In this document: positions 24,476 to 37,982 of the stretch, in pieces
Layout: every line of letters begins with the position of its first letter
How positions within the stretch are numbered: the stretch's first letter is position 1
Assembly: GCA_020137815.1 (NCBI GenBank)
Contig: CM035353.1
Location: forward strand, 3,348,001-3,412,000
DNA: 64,000 bases
Direction: 5' to 3'
From: Hormiphora californensis
Lineage: Eukaryota > Animalia > Ctenophora
Made by a program: the position numbers and the translations under genes
Notes under the pieces: generated by a model
Seen by the model: the letters and a program-made list of their open reading frames with translations, nothing else
Database searches by the model: none
Told to the model about the DNA's origin: nothing

Positions 24476-27400
24476 CAAGCTGTCAGTGATTCTAGGGTCC
24501 AAAACCGGCCTCTTCAAATTCCTGGCGTCAGCTTTCCCGAATGTTCTCAGGGTATGGCTGTAGACTGTCTCTTCATCGAACTCCTCGAACAGTATCGTTC
24601 TGAAATATAGTTTAAGTCAGACACCAAGTTACCAGAACCCTGATTTACTGATATCGATTTACAGGGTGTCACCACTCACCGGTGTCACGACTCCGGGGTC
24701 AGAGGGGTATCTAGGAGGGTCAGAGGGGTATATGGGAGGGTCAGAGGTGTATCTATAGGAGGGTCAGAGGGGTGTCTGGGAGGGTCAGAGGGGTATCTAG
24801 GAAGTTTAGAGGGGTGTATGGGAGGGTCAGAGGGGTGTATGGGAAGGCGAGAGAGGTATTTGGGAAGGTGAGAGGGTGTCTGAGAGGGTTAGAGGGGTGT
24901 CTGGGAGGGTCAAAGGGGTATTTGGGAGGGTCAGAGGGGCGTCTAGGAGGGTCAGAGGGGTATCTATAGGACGGTCAGAGGTGTATATGGGTGGGTCAAA
25001 GGGGTATTTGGGAAGGTAAGAGGGGTATTTGGGAAGGTGAGAGGGGTATCTAGGAGGGCTAGAGGGGTGTATGGGAGGGTCAGAGGGGTATCTAGGAGGG
25101 TCAGAGGGGTATATGGGAGGGTCAGAGGGGTATATGGGAGGGTCAGAGGTGTATCTATAGGAAGGTCAGAGGGGTGTCTGGGAGGGTCAGAGGGGTATAT
25201 GGGAGGGTCAGAGGGGTATATGGGTGGGTCAGAGGTGTATCTATACTAGGGTCATAGGGGTATCTGGGAAGGTTAGTGGGGTATTTGGGAAGATGGGAGG
25301 GGTATTTGGGAAGGTGAGAGGGGTATCTAGGAGGGTTAGAGGGGTGTATGGGAGGGTCAGAGGGGTGTCTGGGTGGGTCAGAGGGGTATCTAGGAGGTTT
25401 AGAGGGGTGTCTGGGTGGGTCAGAGGGGTATCTAGGAGGTTTAGAGGGGTGTCTGGGAGGGTCAGAGGGGTGTCTGGGAGGGTCAGAGGGGTATCTGGGA
25501 GGGGCAGAAGGGTATCTGGGAGGGTCAGAGGGGTGTCTGGGAGGGTCAAAAGGGTATTTGGGAAGGTCAGAGGGGTGTCTGGGAGGGTCAGAGGGGTATC
25601 TAGGAGGTTTAGAGGGGTGTCAGAGGGGTGTATGGGAGGGTCAGAGGGGTGTATGGGAGGGTCAGAGGGGTATCTGGGAGAGTCAGATGTGTACCTAGGA
25701 GGGTCAAAGGGGTATCTATAGGAGGGTCATAGGGGTATCTGGGAGGGTTAGTGGGGTATTTGGGAAGGTGAGAGGGGTATTTGGGAAGGTGAGAGGGGTA
25801 TTTGGGAAGGTGAGAGGGGTATTTGGGAAGGTGAGAGGGGTATCTAGGAGGGTCAGAGGGGTATCTAGGAGGATCAGAGGGGTATCTGGGAGGGTCAGAG
25901 GGGTATAAGGGAGGGTCAGAGGGGTGTATGGGTGGTTCAGAGGTGTATCTATAGGAGGGTCATAGGGGTTTCTGGGAGGGTTAGTGGGGTATTTGGGAAG
26001 ATGGGAGGGGTATCTGATCTAGGAGGGTCAGAGGGGCATTTGGGAAGGTGAGAGGGGTATTTGGGAAGGTGAGAGGGGTATCTAGGAGGGTTAGAGGGGT
26101 GTATGGGAGGGTCAGAGGGGTATCTAGGAGGGTCAGAGGGGTATATGGGAGGGTCAGAGGGGTGTATGGGAGGGTCAGAGGGGTATCTGGGAGAGTCAGA
26201 GGTGTACCTAGGAGGGTCAGAAGGGTATCTGGGTGGGTCAGAGGGGTGTATGGGTGGGTCAGAGGGGTATCTAGGAGGGTCAGAGGGGTATATGGGAGGG
26301 TCAGAGGGGTGTATGGGAGGGTCAGAGGGGTATCTGGGAGGGGCAGAGGGGTATCTGGGAGGGTCAGAGGGGTGTCTGGGAGGGTCAAAGGGGTATTTGG
26401 GAGGGTCAGAGGGATGTCTGGGAGATTCAGAGGGGTATCTGGGTGGGTCAGAGGTGTATCTAGGAGGGTCAGAGGGGTATCTGGGAGGGTCAGAGTGGTA
26501 TTTGGGAAGGTGATAAGGGTATCTAGGATGGTCATAGGGGTATCTGGGAGGGTTAGTGGGGTATTTGGGAAGTTGGGAGGGGTATCTGATCTAGGAGGGT
26601 GAGAGGGGTATTTGGGAAGGTAAGAGGGGTATTTGGGAAGGTGAGAGGGGTATCTAGGAGGTTTAGAGGGGTATCTAGGAGGTTTAGAGGGGTGTCTGGG
26701 AGGGTCAGAGGGGTACCTGGGAGAGTCAGAGGTGTATCTAGGAGGGTCAGAGGGGTATATGGGAGGGTCAGAGGGGCGTATGGGAGGGTCAGAGGGGTAT
26801 CTGGGAGGGGCAGAGGGGTATCTGGGAAGGTCAGAGGGGTGTCTGGGAGGGTCAAAAGGGTATTTGGGAAGGTCAGAGGGGTGTCTGGGAGGGTCAGAGG
26901 GGTATCTAGGAGGTTTAGAGGGGTGTCAGAGGGGTGTATGGGAGGGTCAGAGGGGTGTATGGGAGGGTCAGAGGGGTATCTGGGAGAGTCAGATGTGTAC
27001 CTAGGAGGGTCAAAGGCGGTATCTATAGGAGGGTCATAGGGGTATCTGGGAGGGTTAGTGGGGTATTTGGGAAGGTGAGAGAGGTATTTGGGAAGGTGAG
27101 AGGGGTATTTGGGAAGGTGAGAGGGGTATCTAGGAGGGTCAGAGGGGTATCTAGGAGGATCAGAGGGGTATCTGGGAGGGTCAGAGGGGTATAACGGAGG
27201 GTCAGAGGGGTGTATGGGTGGGTCAGAGGTGTATCTATAGGAGGGTCATATGGGTATCTGGGAGGGTTAGTGGGGTATTTGGGAAGATGGGAGGGGTATC
27301 TGATCTAGGAGGGTCAGAGGGGCATTTGGGAAGGTGAGAGGGGTATTTGGGAAGGTGAGAGGGGTATCTAGGAGGGTTAGAGGGGTATCTAGGAGGATCA

Positions 27401-29975
27401 GAGGGGTATCTGGGAGGGTCAGAGGGGTATAACGGAGGGTCAGAGGGGTGTATGGGTGGGTCAGAGGTGTATCTATAGGAGGGTCATATGGGTATCTGGG
27501 AGGGTTAGTGGGGTATTTGGGAAGATGGGAGGGGTATCTGATCTAGGAGGGTCAGAGGGGCATTTGGGAAGGTGAGAGGGGTATCTAGGAGGGTTAGAGG
27601 GGTGTATGGGAGGGTCAGAGGGGTATCTAGGAGGGTCAGAGGGGTATATGGGAGGGTCAGAGGGGTGTATGGGAGGGTCAGAGGGGTATCTGGGAGAGTC
27701 AGAGGTGTATCTAGGAGGGTCAGAGGGGTATATGGGAGGGTCAGAGGGGCGTATGGGAGGGTCAGAGGGGTATCTGGGAGGGGCAGAGGGGTATCTGGGA
27801 GGGTCAGAGGGGTATCTAGGAGGGTCAGAGGGGTATATGGGAGGGTCAGAGGGGTGTATGGGAGGGTCAGAGGGGTATCTGGGAGAGTCAGAGGTGTACC
27901 TAGGAGGGTCAGAGGGGTATCTGGGATGGTCAGAGGGGTGTCTGGGAGGGTCAGAGGGGTATCTGGGAGGGTCAGAGGGGTATCTGGGAGGGTCAGAGGG
28001 GTATCTGGGTGGGTCAGAGGGGTGTATGGGTGGGTCAGAGGGGTATCTAGGAGGGTCAGAGGGGTATATGGGAGGGTCAGAGGGGTGTATGGGAGGGTCA
28101 GAGGGGTATCTGGGAGGGGCAGAGGGGTATCTGGGAGGGTCAGAGGGGTGTCTGGGAGGGTCAAAGGGGTATTTGGGAGGGTCAGAGGGATGTCTGGGAG
28201 ATTCAGAGGGGTATCTGGGTGGGTCAGAGGTGTATCTAGGAGGGTCAGAGGGGTATCTGGGAGGGTCAGAGTGGTATTTGGGAAGGTGATGAGGGTATCT
28301 AGGATGGTCATAGGGGTATCTGGGAGGGTTAGTGGGGTATTTGGGAAGTTGGGAGGGGTATCTGATCTAGGAGGGTGAGAGGGGTATTTGGGAAGGTAAG
28401 AGGGGTATTTGGGAAGGTGAGAGGGGTATCTAGGAGGTTTAGAGGGGTATCTAGGAGGTTTAGAGGGGTGTCTGGGAGGGTCAGAGGGGTGTCTGGGAGG
28501 GTCAGAGGGGTATCTGGGAGAGTCAGAGGTGTATCTAGGAGGGTCAGAGGGGTATATGGGAGGGTCAGAGGGGCGTATGGGAGGGTCAGAGGGGTATCTG
28601 GGAGGGGCAGAGGGGTATCTGGGAGGGTCAGAGGGGTGTATGGGAGGGTCAGAGGGGTATCTGGGAGGGGCAGAGGGGTATCTGGGAGGGTCAGAGGGGT
28701 GTCTGGGAGGGTCAAAGGGGTATTTGGGAGGGTTAGAGGGATGTCTGGGAGATTCAGAGGGGTATCTGGGTGGGTCAGAGGTGTATCTAAGAGGGTCAGA
28801 GGGGTATCTGGGAGGGTCAGAGTGGTATTTGGGAAGGTGATAAGGGTATCTAGCATGGTCATAGGGGTATCTGGGAGGGTTAGTGGGGTATTTGGGAAGT
28901 TGGGTTGGTTACGGAGTCACCCCGTGAGCTAGCGCAGAGGGGGAATTTCATTACCAAGAAGTTGGGAGGGGTATCTGATCTAGGAGGGTGAGAGGGGTAT
29001 TTGGGAAGGTAAGAGGGGTATTTGGGAAGGTGAGAGGGGTATCTAGGAGGTTTAGAGGGGTATCTAGGAGGTTTAGAGGGGTGTCTGGGAGGGTCAGAGG
29101 GGTGTCTGGGATGGTCAGAGCGGTATCTGGGAGAGTCAGAGGTGTATCTAGGAGGGTGAGAGGGGTATCTAGGACGGTCAGAGGGGTATCTGGGAGGGTC
29201 ATAGGGGTATATGGGTGGGTAAGAGGTGTATCTAGGAGGGTCATAGGGGTATCTGGGAGGGTTAGTGGGGTATTTGGGAAGATGGGAGGGGTATCTGATC
29301 TAGGAATGTCAGAGGGGTATTTGGGAAGGTAAGAGGGGTATTTGGGAAGGTGAGAGGGGTATCTAGGAGGTTTAGAGGGGTGTCTGGGAGGGTCAGAGGG
29401 GTGTCTGGGAGGGTCAGAGGGGTATCTGCAGGAGAGTCAGAGGTGTATCTAGGAGGGTGAGAGGGGTATCTGGGAGGGTCAGAGGGGTATCTAGGACGGT
29501 CAGAGGGGTATCTGGGAGGGTCAGAGGGGTATATGGGTGGGTAAGAGGTGTATCTAGGAGGGTCATAGGGGTATCTGGGAGGGTTAGTGGGGTATTTGGG
29601 AAGATGGGAGGGGTATCTGATCTAGGAATGTCAGAGGGGTATTTGGGAAGGTAAGAGGGGTATTTGGGAAGGTGAGAGGGGTATCTAGGAGGGTTAGAGG
29701 GGTGTCTGTGAGGGGTATCAGATACCCGGTATCTAATCTAGGAGGGTGAGAGGGGTGTCTGGGAGGGTCAAAGGGGTATTGGGAAGGTGAGAGGGGTATC
29801 TAGGTAGGATTTAAGGGGTATCAGTTACGGTAATTTTTGGTCCAAAACTCCATTTTTACCATTTTTCTTATATATATATGTACTTACGTCATGAACTTGG
29901 TGGAACGGACAATGTCCTCTGCCCTTTTCATAAATCTCTCCACCACCTCATCATCTGCCTTATCTGGCGTGTATT
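24476..29975 (-). CDS. BEN-domain-like protein, two exons inside the TIR element
   Basis: Exons 29975-29888 (tag|...|gtaagt) and 24599-24476 (ttcag|...|gtattg) join in phase to give EYTPDKADDEVVERFMKRAEDIVRSTKFMTTILFEEFDEETVYSHTLRTFGKADARNLKRPVLDPRITDSL, resembling the BEN pattern 'lF..e.l..hsl.G...kp.LDP'. Start and end not found. Confidence 0.6.
24695..29820. repeat. 21-bp G-rich satellite (GGGTCAGAGGGGTATCTGGGA)n, ~5.1 kb
   Basis: About 240 variant units (estimated from length); source of the RVRGVSG/GGSEGYL/PLTLPDT ORFs. Confidence 0.97.
28905..28957. mobile_element. 53-bp TTGGT...ACCAA mini-element, 9-bp TSD
   Basis: Interrupts the satellite; TSD gaagttggg (28896-28904, 28958-28966). 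Confidence 0.8.
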
Positions 29976-31066
29976 CTATAAAAGGGGTGGGTATTAGAGA
30001 ACCTCATTACAAGTCAAACATCGCGAGGACAAGCACATGAGTTGAAAAGAATGTTAGAACAACATCTGAACAGTGAACGATAATTGCAACTGATCTGGCA
30101 AAAATGAAATAGTAAAAAATTGGTTAGCATACGTTGTTTTTGGGTAAGTGAGCATCAAGCTCAAGATCGTTGCGTAGGGTACAAAAAAACTGGCATACGC
30201 TACAGGCTCCTTATCGCGAGGCCCAAGGCTATTCCCAAAAAAGGTCATACGGAGCATGGAAACGTATGAGGTGAATCATATAAGGACATGCCAAAAAGTT
30301 CATCAGCAAAAATCGGGAAAAATGAAAAATGAAAAAAAAACAAAATTAAAGCTGGGTGAATTTTAACGCTTTTTGCGCGGCTTTAACAGTTTTAGCGCGG
30401 CTTTACAATTGCGCGTTCTGAATGTCAGCGAAGATTGGCCAATATATTTGCGCATCCAGCAAAGATTGGCCAATATTGTTGAGGATTCGCGCATTAATGT
30501 TTGAAGATTGGCCAATTTTCACCATAATTGCCCGCGCGACCTTTACTAGGGCGTCGGTCTCTATTCGGAGGTATGTTGATGCTTTCCTTTGTAACATCCG
30601 TAATAATTAGTCGCTTCAACGGCATACTAAAGAAAAGCCTAAAGAAAATGATGTTAATAAACAGGCGGCAACAGGGGGTGGTGAGCTGTAGGGAGTCTGT
30701 TCTGTTTAGTTGGTAGAACATGTCCTCTAGGGCTTCTACGAGGTGACTAGTCCGGACTGAGGATATTCGTGTACAGTTTTCTGCATCTGTTGGAAAACTT
30801 TGGGTCCAGTAGGGTTGCTTCCTCGGCTAGTCCCGGTACAGTTGGGGACTCGGGCATCTCCTCTTCCTAATTACTAATGGTCGAGTCTTCACTTCACGTA
30901 CATTTCCGTTCAATTCTATTTCACTTTAAATAACATGCCAACTACAAGGACCTTCTCATCGTATGAACTATCTGATATAGCTACATTTTTTATTACATTT
31001 ATGAGGGCCAAGTATGGTTCGACTGTACCCTGTTGACCCCTTTGGTCCTGGATTATATAGCCTGGA

Positions 31067-31157
31067 CCTCGTGTACAGGGGGTTGCAGTGGTCGGGGTCC
31101 TCGTGTGCATGGGGTTGCAGTGGTCGGGGTCCTCGTGTACAGGGGGTTGCAGTGGTC
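31067..31157. repeat. 32-bp tandem repeat x3
   Basis: cctcgtgtacagggggttgcagtggtcggggt starts at 31067, 31099 and 31131. Confidence 0.85.
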
Positions 31158-32710
31158 AATAAAGTAATCACTCTTTGACGGGTAGAATGCGTCTCTATTA
31201 AAAGCCATGTAAAGTCTAACAGCTGTAACCGAATGCTTAATTATAATGAGATCATGTCATTTTGGTATAATCGTGGTTAGGTCAGGCTGGTACCTGATGG
31301 TGGCCAGTCCTGGGGCCGTTATTAGTCCTTATAAATTATAATTCCAGTACAATTAACCTCACTCAAGGCAGCTGGTGTTTCGAGATGAACTACTACTTAA
31401 TGGTTGTCCTTTCTAGGTAAGTAAGATTCTACTAAAATCTAATCTCCAATTCTTGGATTACTGACCTTTTTCTCGGTATTGGGGGGTCATCAGGACTGGT
31501 CCCGGTTACAGGTTTGCAAGACAGCACATCCTGGAAGGTACGTGTTAGCAAACTGTCAAAAATGCGAAAAACAACTTTACAGCTTTTTAATCACATCAAT
31601 GTGTTGATGAAGGAGCAGTGTGTCCTAACAACATGCTGAACAAACGACCACGACTTAGACGTAACACTTACCAGTATTATCGTATCCCGTGTGAGCTGAG
31701 TCTAATGAGCTGAATCCTTCACAGTCTCCTTGATAACGGCAAGAATTCTCGATCTTGGCTCTCAGTCTATATATCTAGTCTATATATCTATATTCTCGAC
31801 CTTGGCTTCAACCTTGGTTTTAAAAACAGTTTAAAACAGACGAACACGCCACAGTCGGTCTCTATTCGGAGGTATATTGTTGCTTTCCTTTGTGTGGTTG
31901 CATCCGTAACAATAAGTCGTTTAAGGGGAATGCTAAAGAAAAGCCTAAAGAAAATGGGAATGATGTTAATAAACAGGCGGCAACAGGGGGTGGTGAGCGG
32001 TATGGAGTCCGTTCTATTTAGTTGGTAGAACATGTCTCCAGTGCTTCTACCAGGTCTCAGACTCTGGATGTTCGTATTGAGTCCGTTCTGTTTAGATGGT
32101 AGAACATGTCCTCCAGGGCTTCTACCATGTCTCGGACTGAGGATGTTCGACGAACATTGTTCTCGCACAGTTTTCTCCATCTGCCGGATAACTTTGGGTC
32201 CAGTTATCTCGGACCATCGGTTGAGCCATGGGGGCTATTGGTTGAGCCGAGAAGTTCATTTCCGGTGTGAAATAGACCGGTGGTGCGGGTGGCGGTGCAA
32301 GCAAGGTTGCTTCTCGGCTAGTCCCGGTACAGTTGGAGCCTCGGGCATCTCCTCTTCCTAATTACTAATGGTCGAGTCTTCACTTCACGTACATTTCCGT
32401 TCAATTCTATTAACATGCCAACTACAAGGACCTTCTTATCATATGAACTATCTGATATAGCTACAGTTTTTATTACATTTAAATTTATATTTATATTTCG
32501 GACAGCTGGTCTGTATTTTACGTCCCTTCGTCGTGGTAAGAAGGCCTCGGTTGCAGCTGAACGTACTTGTTCTTTGTATTTTCTCGCGCGGTAACACTGT
32601 CTAATTATGATTAATACAATGACTGTGAGTACAACTAAAATGATTGATATCAGGCCTGACCATTTGAATACTTCATCTAGGGTGCTATATTTCCAACATC
32701 ACTTACCTAT

Positions 32711-32946
32711 TACTCTCGTTTTTTAAGAAACGCTTTAGTAAGAAACTTTTTTATAAGAAACTTTTCAAATGTAAATCACACAATTCAGAGACACCACAAC
32801 AAAATAGAACACCCCTAACTTGTTTAGTTTCTTGATAAAGGAGAAATTATTTTTGTTTTTGGATTGCTAACACCTGTAGTTTCCTAGAAAAAAAGTTTCT
32901 TTTTTAAAAGTTTCTTGAAATATGCGAGCTTAATTAACGAGAGTAA
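32711..32946. mobile_element. Small TIR MITE inserted in an env-like remnant
   Basis: Ends tactctcgtt / aacgagagta; absent from the paralog at ~40785. Confidence 0.7.
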
Positions 32947-33576
32947 GGTATTTCATACTCGTTAAGTGATTCTATCATGGTATCAACAATAGATTCTAAT
33001 TGTTTATCGACTATTTGAACAAGATTACTTGCGTTTTTTCTTTTTATTTCGTTTGCTGTTCTCCCAGGGAACAACTGTCTTCCTTCTCATCCCTGGTGCA
33101 TCTCCTCTTGCTCGTGGATGTCTCATCATCAGCATCAAGTTGCTTTGTTCTCCTGCGATGAAGAGAGAGGTGGTTAGGATTAGGATTTAGGGAGGGTCAG
33201 GGGTTGAGAATAAGTAAGAATCAAATGACAGTATTACAGTATTACCGGGGTACTGGTAGAGGGCTGATCAGGGCCGTTGACTCATATATCAACGTCTTTG
33301 CTGCCTGGCGGGCCCCTGCCGAGACAGTTTTAAACTTATCGACCTCCTTGATCGAAAGTCTCCGGTTGCTTGTCTCTACCTGCAACAATCGTGATCGCAG
33401 TGAGGGAAATCATACGACTCTTACTGCAGTTAGCGACAATCGAGAAAACAGACAGCATAACTCTTTTAAGCGACAGTGCTGTGTAATTTCTCAAAACTCT
33501 TATTCTTAGTGAGCAACAGGGAAAAGAATTGGGGAGAGAAAGTGAGAGACAGGGTGCCCCCTTGAGAGAGATTATC

Positions 33577-33683
33577 TCGCGCGGCGCATTGGCACGTGCG
33601 GTTTGGGCGCTGACAGGCTTTTACATGTTGCAACATGTAAAAGCCTGCCAGCGCCCGAACCGCACGTGCCAGAGCGCCGCGCG
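33577..33683. repeat. ~105-bp near-perfect palindrome within a larger fold-back element (~33400-34290)
   Basis: Centre ...cttttacatgttgcaacatgtaaaag...; outer inverted segments at ~33408 and ~34258. Confidence 0.85.
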
Positions 33684-35859
33684 TTACTATCTTGCTCTCT
33701 CTCACTCACTAGCTGCATTCTGATTGGCTGTTATCGATCACATGTACGCAGTCACAGGCTATCAGCTTGTGCACTAGGACTTATCACGTGACCTTTCACG
33801 TGACTAGATGCTGTGATCCCCGGTCAGTTAAGAGTTTTAAGAGTTTATACGTCGCTAAGTAGCGGCGCTTACCACACAAGAGAATGGAATCACCATTCTC
33901 TTACTCTTGATATCTCTTAGGCACCAGTTAGAGATTCCCAGGCATCAGTTCCCGAGCTCGGCAGTTCCCAAGCTCGGGAAGCAAGTGAGTGCTGACGGTG
34001 CGCGTGAGTACTACTTTCCATTCAGTTTACGTGACGCGCAGCAATGTCACATGGTTCACACAGAACCATCTGCGTGCCCGGGCATCATGATGGCCGGGCA
34101 TGCAGGAACGCGCCGTGCCCTGATGCCTGGGATCGTCCCCCGGATATCAGGGTAGCAATCTGTAACTTGTGCGTAACAAGAAAATAAGAGTTATTTTGGA
34201 AAACAGTCAGCACCTGTCGCTTACTCCAGTAAGCGATTGCGAAATCAATCAGCACCTGCTAACTTCAGTAAGAGTCGTATGATATCCCTCAGTGGCACCG
34301 AGTCGTAGTGGTTTAAAAGGCCGTACATTTCCGTTTCCGCGATTTCCTTCCCCCCTTGGGCCCCATATTTCCCCATATTTTCTTTGTATTTTCTCGCGCG
34401 GTAACACTGTCTTATTATGATGTAGCATTCTCTTCCACCATGTTTATGAGAGTGAATGAGTGAAGGGTACTGTTTTCAGACAAAGATGAATACAAGTTAT
34501 ATAACTTTTTGAAAGTTAGAACGTGTTCGTTATTTGACTGAGGGTCGTGGTTGTGTGTACCATCTTCGGATCCTCCGTCCTTATAAGCGCAGCTCCAGGT
34601 AGTAGCAGGTGGCTTCGTTTATCACATCCCCACGGTCATTCACACGTTGACCGGCGTCAGTCCTCGGAGGGCAGATCTTGTTAGCGTTCATTAGCAGGCC
34701 CTCGTCATGTCAGCTACCAACGCGGGATTCCTCTGTACCCCTGGAGCTCCCTATGTCTACTCCTGATTCATTTAGAACAATTAGGAGGAGACTTACGATG
34801 AGGTGTGGTGTGCACAAAATGCAGGGAAACACTGTGTAGGGTGCACCTGTGTTATAACAATAAGACGGTGTTTTAAATCTCGACTATATGTTTGAGATTC
34901 TTCCGATAAGGTGCATCATATTTAGATATCGGGAAAAAATCTGTTTGTTCAATATCAAGGGGACAGTTCATGGACCCCGCATCCACCCCCCTGTGTAAGG
35001 AGATGGTTTTTAAACTGCTGGGGTTCTCCTCCCATGCCCGATCATGTTCATTTACCGGGGTGTGGTTTTGTACATCCCCCTCATCCGACCCTCCGTGTAT
35101 GATTGATAAGGTGGACTGTCAGTGTGTGACTATTTACTTTAATTGTTTGTGAAAACGGAAATAGACATTTATGTTTAAAATTCCTAGACGAACACACTTG
35201 GTTATAAGTGGTCCTCGGAGGACTCCTCCTACCCGTACGGGGTATTATCTCCTCCTTTTGCTGTACCTCGTCGGAAGTATCTCCGCGAATAGCGGTGGTG
35301 TTGGATCCGCTTGGTTGCATGGCCCCGGACTGCCGGGGTTTTGTTGTGCCTTTACACCAACCCGCTGCGGGAATGTTCTCATTGACCCATAGTGATACAG
35401 CGTGTCTATGCTCCTTCGCAGTCCCTGGACTATTTGGGCCTATGTTGCGTGGTCCAGGAGCGGATCCCTCATTGAGCCGGTGGCTTCCCAGAGGAGTGTC
35501 CTCCCTGCTTTGACCCTTCCCTCAGAATCGGGAAATTCGCCCATCTTCAAAATAGCTGGGTTACAACTGGAATTTTCTCTTCACCAAATAGTGTGTCAAA
35601 AAAATAAGATTCGTCCCTACTAACCTTTGAGCTGTTTTACTGTCTTCTTTTCTTCTTCTTCTTCTTTGTCTTTCATGGAACAGCCAAATATATCTATGCA
35701 CAACCCGGCGTTTGTTCTGCCAGGTCTCCCAATAGGGATAACATTGGGTTGTCGGCCTCGGAGGGAGTCTGAGTATCCAGTTCGGATGTGAGGGTCATTG
35801 CTTCCGATAAGGATGATAATTAGTGTCTAGAAATGTGGGTATACGAGGTACTTAAACAA

Positions 35860-36117
35860 CCCTGCTGGAATAGAATCGTTCAATATCATCCATATAACAG
35901 CGATTTAGCAGGCTAATTGTTCAATAATTGATTGAATATTGAGGTTCTTGCGCAATTTATTGTTCAACTATTCCCATGCGTTCTATTGTCCTCGATATAT
36001 CGTGGTCTTATCGAGGTATATTGACGTAAAATTGAACAATAAATCGCGCAAGAACCTCAATATTCAATCAATTATTGAACAATTAGCCTGCTAGATCGCG
36101 TTTATATTCCAGCAGGG
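35860..36117. mobile_element. Palindromic MITE, CCC...GGG ends, 2-bp AA TSD
   Basis: aa|ccctgctggaata...tattccagcaggg|aa with long internal inverted arms. Confidence 0.85.
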
Positions 36118-37982
36118 AAAGGATATACGGGGTAGAATTAGTTAATAGAGTTATACAAGCAAAGTCTCTAACGTAAAATACAACTTTGAAGTGTCTGTCC
36201 CTCCCATGTTCTTCTCCCGTCTTTTATTTATAGTCCCAACAACCCACGCAGTAAATATCCTCTAGCGCTCTGTTTTATGCGTTTTTAATCACTCGTTCCT
36301 CCTGGTAATCACTCGCTCCTCCTGGTTCCTGTCTCGCATGATGGTTCTCGAGCTCCTCTTCATGAATAGTATAGCACGAGGATTAACACCGCTTTCTTCT
36401 TCTTCTCTCCAGGCTGAGCAGGGGTAATTCGCCGAGGGGTAATTCGCTGAGAGGTATTTCACCGTGACGTCATTCCCACCAATGCAAAATCACAACATAA
36501 TCATAATAATACAAATTATAACTCGCTCACAGGGAGCACATATTTGTGGCTCCCGCATCTACACTTAAGAAAGCCAGCGGATCAGTTGCCTTTCTTTTAT
36601 CCCGACATTTTCTCTTTCGCAGACAGTATTGATCCGTTTTTCTCTTCTTCATTTCTTCTTCCCTACTCACTGGATCCAGATCCGCCAACTGATTAAGTGG
36701 CCGGACAACAACATTTTTGCGTTTCGGAGGCATTACTAGCAAAATTCAACGTACAGAACACTAACTATATTAGTATACCTGAGTCCCCTTCCCGGAAGAA
36801 CAGAGGGCCCAGAGGAGGCACTGTTTGGAATTTTACTTCCCTAGCTTCCTCAGTTTTCCCCCCCCCCCCACCCTTCTCGGTGTGTTTTTTCTAAGTACAG
36901 CGTTCTGCTACGCAATGGTAAGGAGTCCGTTCTGTTTAGTTGGTAGAACATGTCTTCCAGGGCTTCTACCAGGTCTCAGACTCTGGATGTTCGTGCACAG
37001 TTTTCTGCATCTGTTAAGAAACTTTGTGACCAATTATCGAGAAGTGTAAAGTAAACCAGTGGTGCGGGAGAGATGTCTAGTACAACTCTCCCCCTATTTT
37101 AAGAAAAATTTTATCAATTTAGATATAAATAAAGTAATCACTCTTAGATGGGTAGAATGCGTCTATATTATAAGACATGTAAAGTCTAACAGCTGTGACC
37201 GAATGCTTAATTATAATGAGATCAGGTCATTTTGGTATAATCGTGGTTAGGTCAGGCTGGCACCTGATGGTGGCCAGTCAAAAGTGCGAAAAACAACTTT
37301 ACAGCTTTTTAATCACATAATTATTTTAATGAAGGAGCAGTGTGTCCTAACGACACGCTGAACAAACGACCACGACTTAGGCGCAACACTTACCAGGATT
37401 ATAGTGTCCCGGGTTGGGTGGTCAGTCTCGCTAGTCGAATCCCTCACAGTCTCCTATCACGGCCAGAATCCGGCATCTTGGTCTCAACCGGGGTCGTAGA
37501 AACAACTTGAAGCACACGTACCTGCGTCTGTTTCAATGCGTAGATAACTGGTAGTCTTCCTCATTACAGTGCAGTTAGTCACTATGAGTCGTTTAAGGGG
37601 CATCCTAAAAAGAAAATGGGAATGATGTTAATAAACAGGCGGAAACAGGGGGGACTTTGTGAACTCTGTTTATTGGAATGATACCTAATTATCTCCCTTT
37701 TTAGGGATAAAAATTAGTGCCTCTGGAAAAATTCGAAATCTGAACTTTGTGAGCCAGAATCCAATTTCAGTATATATACGGAGGGAGGGTATGTTATGTT
37801 GATCACGCCTATTATATGTGGATTGTGGAGGTGGGGCCAGGCTCTTGGTATAAAGCCGCTAGATCGGTTATTCGGTATATTCATTACCCATGATTCGGTT
37901 GAGAATGAGGGTAATGTAAATGGGGTATAGATTATATATGTAACTTTCAGTAAAAGAACAAAGGTAAAGCTCAAGTATTTCC

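Larger units (their letters stand above)
21981..30551. mobile_element. 8.57-kb TIR transposon (CMC/EnSpm-like), 2-bp TSD
   Basis: ~126-bp TIRs starting ccctagtaaaggtcgcgcgggc (21981-~22106; ~30426-30551) with about 4 mismatches. TSD CG at 21979-80 and 30552-53. Removal rejoins ...RIETD|GGVFVCFKL, which is uninterrupted in the paralog at ~31830-31870. Confidence 0.85.

Noticed and set aside
24772-29654. RG-rich, GGSEGYL and PLTLPDT repeat proteins
   Set aside because: Translations of a 21-bp satellite in several frames on both strands; the array lies in an inferred intron.
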